This document shows, in pieces, positions 24,356 to 31,342 of a DNA stretch of 42,696 bases. The notes beneath the pieces are model-generated. The model ran no database searches and was not told the origin of the DNA. It saw only the letters and a program-made list of their open reading frames with translations. Numbering within the stretch: position 1 is the first letter of the stretch; each line of letters starts with the position of its first letter. Location: assembly GCA_964624735.1 (NCBI GenBank), contig CAZUXN010000003.1:1-42696 (forward strand). The letters run 5' to 3'. Position numbers and translations under genes: made by a program. The stretch comes from Candidatus Woesearchaeota archaeon (GTDB taxonomy: Archaea; Nanobdellota; Nanobdellia; Pacearchaeales; GW2011-AR1).

Positions 24356-25216
24356 ATGAAACTTGTTGATGTGCATGCGCATTTGGAACATTCGAGGTTT
24401 GAGAAGGATTTGGATGAGGTTGTTGATAGGTTTGTCGAGGCTGGCGGGGAGTTGGTTGTTACTAGTGGGGTTAATCCTGAGACGAATCGGAAGGCCTTGG
24501 AGTTGGCTGGAAAATATGATTGTGTTCGGGTTTCGTTTGGGCTTTATCCGATTGATGCTTTAGCTAAGGAGGTTGAGGCGTCGAGTGATTTTTTGAGGGA
24601 GATAAAAAATTTTGATGTTGATGAGGAGTTGGGATGGATTGAGGAGCACAAGGATGATTGTGTTGCGATTGGTGAGGTTGGGTTGGATTATTCGGACGAA
24701 GTTTCGTCCGAAGGTGTCAGGTGTCAGGATTCAGGTGTCAGAATGAGGGAAAAACAGAAGGAGGTTTTTCGGAAGGTGTTGAGGTTGGCGAAGAGGATAG
24801 ATAAGTGTGTGGTTGTTCATTCGAGGAAGGCGGAGGGGGATGCGGTTGAGATTTTGGAGGAGGAGTCCCGGTTAGATAGCGAGCATCAAACGGGACAAGG
24901 GAGATTGAAGGTTGTGATGCATTGTTTTAATGGGCGGAAGAGTTTGATTAAGAGGGGTGTTGAGAATGGGTGGTTTTTTTCGGTACCTCCTGTGATTGTT
25001 AGACTTGAGCATTTTAAGATGTTGGTTTCTCTTGTTCCGCTTGGGCAACTTTTGACTGAGACTGATGCGCCGTATTTGTCTCCGGTTGTTGGGGAGAGGA
25101 ATGAGCCGGCTAATGTTTTTGTGACGTTGAAGGAGATTGCTCGGATTAAAGGTTTGAGTGTTGAGGAGGTTTCTTCTGTGGTGTTTGAGAATTTTGAGAG
25201 GGTGTTTGGGGGTTGA
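24356..25216 (+). CDS. tatD: TatD-family metal-dependent hydrolase/DNase
   Basis: DVHAHL, GEVGLDY, VVHSRKA, HCFNG and ETDAPYL are the TatD metal-ligand blocks. Confidence 0.88.
   Translation: MKLVDVHAHLEHSRFEKDLDEVVDRFVEAGGELVVTSGVNPETNRKALELAGKYDCVRVSFGLYPIDALAKEVEASSDFLREIKNFDVDEELGWIEEHKDDCVAIGEVGLDYSDEVSSEGVRCQDSGVRMREKQKEVFRKVLRLAKRIDKCVVVHSRKAEGDAVEILEEESRLDSEHQTGQGRLKVVMHCFNGRKSLIKRGVENGWFFSVPPVIVRLEHFKMLVSLVPLGQLLTETDAPYLSPVVGERNEPANVFVTLKEIARIKGLSVEEVSSVVFENFERVFGG
24691..24741 (+). repeat. hairpin TTCGGACGAA-GT-TTCGTCCGAA (24691-24712) followed by 4x 7-nt array GTGTCAG/GTGTCAG/GATTCAG/GTGTCAG (24714-24741) in tatD
   Basis: Perfect 10-bp arms starting right after the GLDY codons. 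Encodes SDEVSSEGVRCQDSGVR. Confidence 0.92.
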
Positions 25217-25319
25217 GAATTAGTAGGATGAATATGATGAGTAGGATTTATTTTTTGATTAGTTTTTGGATTTGAGGATATTTTTCTTGGAGGGTTGGTT
25301 TTGGGGATTGGTAGAAAAG

Positions 25320-25327
25320 TTTATAAG
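25320..25327 (+). promoter_or_regulatory. TATA box TTTATAAG
   Basis: Ends 23 nt before ATG 25350. Confidence 0.5.
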
Positions 25328-25349
25328 TATTATAATTATTATAAGGATT

Positions 25350-25559
25350 ATGGAGACGACTACTATTGCGGTGAAGAGGGAAATTAGGGATATGATAAAT
25401 GAGTTTGGGAACAAGGGTGAGACTTATTCTGATATTTTGGTTAGGATAGTTAGTGCTGCGAAGAAGGTTCAGATTAGGGAGTTGTTGATGGATGAAAGTG
25501 GAACTGTTACGGCGGAAGAGGCTCTCAAAGAAGCTAGGAGACGATGGCCAGAGTCATAG
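25350..25559 (+). CDS. ribbon-helix-helix-like antitoxin candidate
   Basis: 69 aa (METTTIAVKREIRDMINEFGNKGETYSDILVRIV..). Has a 16-nt overlap with the next ORF. Confidence 0.5.
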   Translation: METTTIAVKREIRDMINEFGNKGETYSDILVRIVSAAKKVQIRELLMDESGTVTAEEALKEARRRWPES

Positions 25560-25882
25560 TTGACGAGGATTTGGCTGAAAAGATTTATAAGAAATTTAAG
25601 GGAGAATCTGTGAAAATTTTTAGTCTGATTTATTCTATGGAGGGGAGTCCGAAAAAAGGAAAGGTTGTTGGTAGAGTTGGTGGGGTTTTGATTAAGGAGT
25701 TGAAGTGGAAGAATTTTAGATTTTATTTTGTCGTAGATGGATATAGGATAAAGTTTTTTGATGTAGGGAGTTTATGTGATTTAATGATTAGGTTTGTGAG
25801 GATGTCGGATAAGAAGAGTCAGCAGAAAGTTATCGAGGAGATTAAGGTTGTTTTGAGGAAGTTTGGAGAGGAGGAGTTTTAG
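25544..25882 (+). CDS. RelE/ParE-like toxin candidate (weak)
   Basis: 112 aa. LIKELKWKNFRFYFVVDGYRIKFF loosely resembles the RelE/ParE core. Its size and overlap with an RHH gene fit a type II TA pair. Confidence 0.4.
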   Translation: MARVIVDEDLAEKIYKKFKGESVKIFSLIYSMEGSPKKGKVVGRVGGVLIKELKWKNFRFYFVVDGYRIKFFDVGSLCDLMIRFVRMSDKKSQQKVIEEIKVVLRKFGEEEF

Positions 25883-26616
25883 GTTGTGGTTTCCCAAACT
25901 TCGTTGAAGTAGTTTTTGAAGTTGTCTGCAAGGAGTTGCGAGTGAATTAATACTGAGAATATTGTGTCGCCCCATGAGGTGATTAGGATTTTGTCTTTGA
26001 TTATGTCGATGTTTCCTGGGATTGGGAAGTTTACGAATTTTATTTTTAGGAATTTGGCTTGTTTTGCGAACCATGATTTTTTGTAGTCTTTGTTTATTAT
26101 TCCTCGGTTTTTGAGTTTTTTTGATAAGTCAGATATGCTTTTGTAAAAAAGGTCAAACTGTTCTGAATATTCTTCTTTGTATATATTGAAGAATAATATT
26201 TCTTCGTCTTTGGTGGAATTTTTTATTAATTTTTCGTATGCGGTTCTTAGTCCCTTGAGTCCGAGAAATATTTCTGCATCTTGGTTTTGTTCTTTTTGTT
26301 GGAGTTTTTCTAAGTCTGGGAATATTTTACTTAGTGCTTGTTTTTGCAAGGAAAGTTTTCTTTCTTTCTTTTCTATGTGGGTAATGAGGTTGGAAGGAGG
26401 GCCTGCTTTGAAGTATTTGGTTTTTTCTTTTATGATGTAGCTGACGAGTCCTTTTTCTATTAGTCTGTTTAGGATGTCGTAGATGTTTGAGTAGGCGACG
26501 GTGGATTTTTTTACGATTGGTCCGACGGTGGTCGAGCCGAGTTCTGAGAGTGCGAGGTAGACTTTTGCTTCTCCTTCTGTTAGGCTTGTTTTTAGGAGGT
26601 CTAGTATTTTTCCCAT
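25879..26616 (-). CDS. TrmB-family transcriptional regulator
   Basis: N-terminal wHTH LTEGEAKVYLALSELGSTTVGPIVKKSTVAYSNIYDILNRLIEKGLV. Divergent from the MPxCGFNE cluster. Confidence 0.8.
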   Translation of the reverse strand: MGKILDLLKTSLTEGEAKVYLALSELGSTTVGPIVKKSTVAYSNIYDILNRLIEKGLVSYIIKEKTKYFKAGPPSNLITHIEKKERKLSLQKQALSKIFPDLEKLQQKEQNQDAEIFLGLKGLRTAYEKLIKNSTKDEEILFFNIYKEEYSEQFDLFYKSISDLSKKLKNRGIINKDYKKSWFAKQAKFLKIKFVNFPIPGNIDIIKDKILITSWGDTIFSVLIHSQLLADNFKNYFNEVWETTT

Positions 26617-26721
26617 AGTTGTTTCTTTTTTTGTGGTATAAAAACTTTTCTATTGTATACCCTGTGCGGGGGAGAGAATTGTTATAAGGAGAGATTTGAC
26701 TTGGGTGTTTAGGAGAAATAA

Positions 26722-26823
26722 AATGCCATTGTGCGGATTTAATGAGAAGATGCTTGAAGGATTAAGGGAGTTTCATAAGGGATTAGTTGGGCAAAAAGTC
26801 TCTAGGGAATCTGAAGAAAGTAA
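26722..26823 (+). pseudogene. 33-codon truncated paralogue of the two downstream MPxCGFNE genes
   Basis: MPLCGFNEKMLEGLREFHKGLVGQKVSRESEES-stop. The first ~22 aa align with the N-termini of the CDSs at 26847 and 27247, and it has the same GGA..AATAAAATGCC upstream context. Confidence 0.55.
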
Positions 26824-26846
26824 ACTTGAGCTAGAAAGGAAATAAA

Positions 26847-27245
26847 ATGCCATTTTGTGGATTTAATGAAGACATGCTTGAGGGCATGAAGTTGTTCTAT
26901 AGAGGCTTGGTTGAACATGGGATTATTGAACGCTCGAAAAAGAAAAATCAAATGGTTGGAGAAACAATAAATAAGGAAATAGAAGATATGGAAAGATTTC
27001 GGAAGGAACTTCCGGTGATTGAAGATTCGGAAGTAAGAGAATTGATTAGAACTTTAACTGAGTATGCTTGTGCGTTTTACAAATTGATTCAGAGAGAGGG
27101 AGTTGAGAATTATGAAAAACTTATTGAGAAAATAAATAATCTTTACTTTGAAATGGATGATAAGTTTTATTCTGAGTTAGATGGGAAACCGGATGATATG
27201 AAGCAATTGGCTATTTATTTAAATAAAATTTCGAAGGAGATTTAG
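26847..27245 (+). CDS. unknown-function protein, MPxCGFNE family, copy 1
   Basis: 132 aa. Shares MPxCGFNExMxEG, GLxEHG, GETI, GVENYE, MDxKxYxELxG and DDM with the next gene. Confidence 0.7.
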   Translation: MPFCGFNEDMLEGMKLFYRGLVEHGIIERSKKKNQMVGETINKEIEDMERFRKELPVIEDSEVRELIRTLTEYACAFYKLIQREGVENYEKLIEKINNLYFEMDDKFYSELDGKPDDMKQLAIYLNKISKEI

Positions 27246-27246
27246 G

Positions 27247-27639
27247 ATGCCAGTTTGTGGATTTAATGAGAAGATGATTGAAGGTTTATATGGTTTTAGT
27301 GCGGGACTTATTGAGCATGGGCTTAAGTTTAGGGGTGAGAAGAATGGGGAGACTATTGAGCAGGGGATTAAGCGGGAATTGTCTGATATGGCTCGTCTTT
27401 TAGCTGAGGTTCATAAGATTAATGATAGTGCTAAGCGGCTTTTGACGGAAGGGATTGTGAAGTATGCTATGGGGTTTTATATGGTTATGAGAAAGAAAGG
27501 GGTTGAGAATTATGAGAGTGATGTTTCTAAGTTAATGAATTATTTTGAGGCGATGGATGCTAAATATTATGGTGAGCTTGAGGGAAGGGCTGATGATATG
27601 GGTGAGTTGGTTAAATTTTTGGATGGGGTTAAGATTTAG
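27247..27639 (+). CDS. unknown-function protein, MPxCGFNE family, copy 2
   Basis: 130 aa. Starts 1 nt after the copy 1 stop and is a clear paralogue. Confidence 0.7.
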   Translation: MPVCGFNEKMIEGLYGFSAGLIEHGLKFRGEKNGETIEQGIKRELSDMARLLAEVHKINDSAKRLLTEGIVKYAMGFYMVMRKKGVENYESDVSKLMNYFEAMDAKYYGELEGRADDMGELVKFLDGVKI

Positions 27640-27664
27640 GATTTAGAGGTGGTGGGATTATGGG

Positions 27665-28360
27665 ATGGAAGAACAAGAAGAAACAGCTGCCTACGTTTTA
27701 ACTAACTGGGCTGAGGAGGCTAGGACAAATATTATTGAAAATGAGAAAGTTTATGCAGATTCTATTGAGCAGATAAATGGGCAATTGAAAACTTATGGTG
27801 GATTATCTAGATTGGAAGATGATTCTAATAGGTTTGCGTCTAAGTTGAGGGAGAGTGAGGAGAATCTTAAGAATGATTTGGGTGGGAGGAGTTTTTTTAA
27901 GAAGAGGATGGATATTAGGAAGTATTGGGATGTGGGGTTGTTGGGGGAGTTTAAGGATTTTGAAGGGGTGGTTGGTACTAATTATGGGAGGTTTGTTGGG
28001 GATGTTTATGTTAAGTTGGATAAGAAGGGGGATGTTTTGGTTAGTCGGAACGAACGAGTTAATTTTGCTGAGGGGATAGTCGTGCCTGGTATGGTTGGAA
28101 GTTTAGGAGTGATATGTGGCGGGATGATTGGTGGATTTTCTGATGCAGTTGTGAAGGGGTTATTAACTATGGAAAAAGTGGCTATTGAATCAGGTTCTAA
28201 TTCAATATATACTGGGGCAATGGTTGGGGGTATTGGGACGGTAGCCTTTATGTATCATGCGGTGAGGGGGAGGTTTAATACATTTAAGAATTTGTTTTCG
28301 GATGGGGCGGATGATTTAGAGAAAAGAGTTGGTGTTATTCGAGATGTCTTGGTGTGTTAG
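27665..28360 (+). CDS. hypothetical protein with C-terminal glycine-zipper membrane segments
   Basis: 231 aa. Helical N-terminal half, then GMVGSLGVICGGMIGG and GAMVGGIGTVAFMY. Confidence 0.6.
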   Translation: MEEQEETAAYVLTNWAEEARTNIIENEKVYADSIEQINGQLKTYGGLSRLEDDSNRFASKLRESEENLKNDLGGRSFFKKRMDIRKYWDVGLLGEFKDFEGVVGTNYGRFVGDVYVKLDKKGDVLVSRNERVNFAEGIVVPGMVGSLGVICGGMIGGFSDAVVKGLLTMEKVAIESGSNSIYTGAMVGGIGTVAFMYHAVRGRFNTFKNLFSDGADDLEKRVGVIRDVLVC

Positions 28361-28362
28361 TT

Positions 28363-29328
28363 TTATTTTTTGTTGATTGGTTTTTTAATGTTTGGCCATT
28401 TGTCGGTGAGGGTTGGTTCGTTGGATTGGTAGATTATTCCGAGTGGGATTTTGCCGGATTTGGAGTTGTAGTCGAATTCATCGGCGAGTTTTTCTGCGGT
28501 TTGTTTGTCTTTGTTATCTTTTATTTTGTACATTAGTTTGTCTTTGTTGTTGGCGTCGAGGTTGAAGATGAGGCAGTCTTGGATGACTTCGACGAATGAG
28601 AATCCGTTGTGGGCGATTGCTTTTGAGAATGTTTCGACCATGTGCGGGATGTCGCGGGCGTTTGTTCTTGCGATGAATGTTGCGTTTGATGCTAATGCTA
28701 GTTTGATTGGGTTGAATGGTTTGTCTTTGACGCCGAGGGGATTTGCTTTTGAGATGTATCCTTGTTGGGAGGTTGGGGTTGGTTGGCCGGTTGTTAGAGA
28801 GAAGGATTGGTTGTCGTGGAGGATTAGGGTCATGTCGGGGTTGTATTTGAAGGCGTGGATGAAGTGGGCGATTCCTTCGGAGTAGACTCCGCCGTCGCCG
28901 GCGAATGTTATGACTTTGAGGTTCGGGTTTGCGAGCGTTATTCCAATTGCTGTCGGTATTGCGCGGCCGTGGAGGCAGTAGATTCCGGAGAGGTTTAGGT
29001 AGTCGAAGATTTTTGCATGACATCCTATATCTGTCGTCATGCAAAAATCTAGTTCGCTTCGCTGTGAGTTCGCTTCGCTGTGAGTGTCGGCTTTGCCGAC
29101 GAGTTTGCTTTGACTTTGTCGAAGCTGTGAGTTCGACTTGTTAGGATTTGATATTAGGTTTGTTATGGTTTGTTTGACTGCTTCTAATATCATGTGATTT
29201 GGGCAGCCGGGGCACCAGGTCAACTCCGAGGGAGTTGACAGACTGGCTTTGTCTGTCAGACCTCTTCGCTGTGAGACCTCTTCGCTGTGAGACCTCTTCG
29301 TTGTCAGATTGGCTGTTTTTGGGTTCAT
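28363..29328 (-). CDS. korB: 2-oxoacid:ferredoxin oxidoreductase beta subunit
   Basis: WCPGCPNH, DIGCHAK and the TPP motif GDGGVYSEG..HDNQSFSLTTGQ. It has an N-terminal extension and an internal insert, both built from hairpins and 16-nt repeats. Confidence 0.9.
   Translation of the reverse strand: MNPKTANLTTKRSHSEEVSQRRGLTDKASLSTPSELTWCPGCPNHMILEAVKQTITNLISNPNKSNSQLRQSQSKLVGKADTHSEANSQRSELDFCMTTDIGCHAKIFDYLNLSGIYCLHGRAIPTAIGITLANPNLKVITFAGDGGVYSEGIAHFIHAFKYNPDMTLILHDNQSFSLTTGQPTPTSQQGYISKANPLGVKDKPFNPIKLALASNATFIARTNARDIPHMVETFSKAIAHNGFSFVEVIQDCLIFNLDANNKDKLMYKIKDNKDKQTAEKLADEFDYNSKSGKIPLGIIYQSNEPTLTDKWPNIKKPINKK
29007..29137 (+). repeat. 15-bp perfect fold-back (29007-29021 / 29036-29050), 2x 16-mer AGTTCGCTTCGCTGTG (29051-29082), hairpins GTCGGC-TTT-GCCGAC (29086-29100) and GTCGAA-N8-TTCGAC (29118-29137)
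   Basis: Read directly, inside korB. The low-coordinate arm encodes CHAKI of the conserved DIGCHAKIF block. Confidence 0.92.
29219..29318 (+). repeat. hairpins GTCAACTCC-GAG-GGAGTTGAC (29219-29239) and GACAGAC-N7-GTCTGTC (29237-29257), then ~4x 16-mer GTSAGACCTCTTCGCT (29255-29318)
   Basis: Read directly. It forms the first ~36 codons of korB, upstream of WCPGC. Confidence 0.92.
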
Positions 29329-29795
29329 TATATTTTTTTTAACATTTTAGTTTTGAATGGCCTGAAGTTATTTTTAATGCAAAATTTTTCAGCGAGGGAG
29401 TTCCCTGAGACGAATTCCCATAATATAAAATTTGCTTTTACTTCTTTTCCCCATTTTTCAATTTCTAATAAAAGTTTTTTCCCAATTCCTTTTCTTTTGT
29501 ATTTGCTATATATGTCAATTATTTCTATGACTTTTTTGTTTGTTTTGCTTTGTTTGTTTGGGATTATTTCTGCTTGAATAAATCCGCAGATTTTATTGTT
29601 TTTTTCAGCGATTAAAAAAGGTTTATTTTTTGTATTTTTTATTCTGTTTTTTAATCCTGTTTCTAATTCTTTTTTGTTGATTTTTGGGATTTCATTTGGA
29701 AGGTATTTTGAAAATCTAATATTATGTTCAAGCAGTTCTACATATAATGGGATAATTTTTTTGATGTCTTTTTTTATTGCCTTTCTAATTTTCAT
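29328..29795 (-). CDS. GNAT-family N-acetyltransferase
   Basis: Motif A YKRKGIGKKLLLEIEKW. Its start overlaps the korA stop by 4 nt and its stop overlaps the korB start by 1 nt. Confidence 0.85.
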   Translation of the reverse strand: MKIRKAIKKDIKKIIPLYVELLEHNIRFSKYLPNEIPKINKKELETGLKNRIKNTKNKPFLIAEKNNKICGFIQAEIIPNKQSKTNKKVIEIIDIYSKYKRKGIGKKLLLEIEKWGKEVKANFILWEFVSGNSLAEKFCIKNNFRPFKTKMLKKI

Positions 29796-31339
29796 ATTAT
29801 TTCTTTGATTAGTTCGTTTAGTTCGTCGGAGTGGAAGGGGCGGCCGTTGTATTTTAGGAGTCGGTTTTTGATTTTGATTCCGGTTTTTTCTCTGATTAAT
29901 CTGCCGAGTTGTCCGGTGACGTTACATTCTACTAGGATTACTTTGTTTGCGGCTTCGAGTTCTTCTTTAATTTTTGGGGAGAGCGGTTTGCAGTAGAGGA
30001 CTTGGAGGAATTTGGCGTCGAGGTTTTTGATTGCGTCTTTGATTGCGCCGGATGTTGAGCCCCAGCCGATGATTAAGTTTTTTGAGTTTTTGTTGCCGTG
30101 GATTTTTATCATTTCGAAATTTTTCTGGATGTATTTTTTTATGTTTTTGTATTTTTCGACTCGTTTGTTTGCGTTGTCTTCGGTGATTGTGTATGATTCT
30201 GTTGTGTTGCCGAGTTTGTCTGTTTCGTAGGATGATGCTTTGATGATTGATTGTCCCGGGAGTTTTCTTGTAATTTGGATTTTTGTGGTTGGTTTAGGTT
30301 TTGCCGTTGAGGAAAACTCGGATTCGGCGAGGTGTTTGTCCGAGAGGATTATTGAGAGTGTTTGGAATTTTTCGGCGAGGAATAATGCTTCGGAAGTTTT
30401 TTCGATTGTTTCGGTTGGGTTGCTTGGAGCGACGACGATTCGTGGGAATTCGCCGTGTCCTGCTCGGAGTGCGATGTCGAGATCGGCTTGTGCGGTATAA
30501 GTTGGGACTCCCGTCGCTGGTCCGGGTCTTGAGGCTAGGTAGATTGTTAGTGGGATTCCAGATTGTCCTTGTAGGGATAATGTTTCTCCCATTAAATCGA
30601 AGCCGCCGCCTGATGTTCCGATTAGTGTTTTTGCTCCGGCGAATGATGCTCCGATTGCCATGCTACCGACGGCGATTTCATTTTCGGCTTGGAAGACTGT
30701 CATGTTAGCCGTTAGCTGTTGGCCGTTAGCTGTTGGCTTTTGGAGTTTGGCGAGTTCGTGCATTGCGTTTGTTGCTGGGGTCATTGGGTAGGCGATGTAT
30801 AAGTTTATTCCGGAGTTTATTGTTCCTATTGCTATTGCTTGATTTCCTGATAGGATTGTTGTTTTGTTATTTAATTTTTTTAATTGTTGTTTTGTTTCTT
30901 GTGAGTCGAATCCTTTTTTTGCTGAGATAATTGCTTTGTTTGATTCTTTGAATTGAGATTTGATTTCGTTGTTTAATTCTTCGAGAGGGATGCCGAGGAT
31001 TTTTATTAGTGAGCCGGCGAGTGCGATGTTTATATTTCGTCCTTCGTTTTTGAATTTGTCGGCGGTGATTATTATGCCGTCTTTTTTTAGAGCCTGTTTG
31101 TGGATTTTGATTGATTGTTTGTCGAGTGCGATAAGGATGTCTGTTTTTGATTCGTGGGATTCGATTGGTTTGTCGGATATTGTTAGGGCGTTGAAGTTGT
31201 GGCCGCCGCGGATTAAGGATTGATAGTCTCGGTAGTTGAAAGTGAAGTAGCCGTGTTTGGATAGGATGTTTGAGATTATTTGAGAGACTTTATTGATTCC
31301 CTGTCCTGCCTCGCCACCGATTAGGATTGTCAGTTTCAT
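29792..31339 (-). CDS. korA: 2-oxoacid:ferredoxin oxidoreductase alpha subunit (gamma-alpha fusion type)
   Basis: N-terminal gamma-like GGEAGQGINKVS..RGGHN, then the alpha domain GNQAIAIG..AYPMTPAT. Confidence 0.9.
   Translation of the reverse strand: MKLTILIGGEAGQGINKVSQIISNILSKHGYFTFNYRDYQSLIRGGHNFNALTISDKPIESHESKTDILIALDKQSIKIHKQALKKDGIIITADKFKNEGRNINIALAGSLIKILGIPLEELNNEIKSQFKESNKAIISAKKGFDSQETKQQLKKLNNKTTILSGNQAIAIGTINSGINLYIAYPMTPATNAMHELAKLQKPTANGQQLTANMTVFQAENEIAVGSMAIGASFAGAKTLIGTSGGGFDLMGETLSLQGQSGIPLTIYLASRPGPATGVPTYTAQADLDIALRAGHGEFPRIVVAPSNPTETIEKTSEALFLAEKFQTLSIILSDKHLAESEFSSTAKPKPTTKIQITRKLPGQSIIKASSYETDKLGNTTESYTITEDNANKRVEKYKNIKKYIQKNFEMIKIHGNKNSKNLIIGWGSTSGAIKDAIKNLDAKFLQVLYCKPLSPKIKEELEAANKVILVECNVTGQLGRLIREKTGIKIKNRLLKYNGRPFHSDELNELIKEII
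30704..30738 (+). repeat. 5x 7-nt array GTTAGCC/GTTAGCT/GTTGGCC/GTTAGCT/GTTGGCT in korA
   Basis: Encodes KPTANGQQLTAN (gene on the minus strand). Confidence 0.9.
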
Positions 31340-31342
31340 TTT

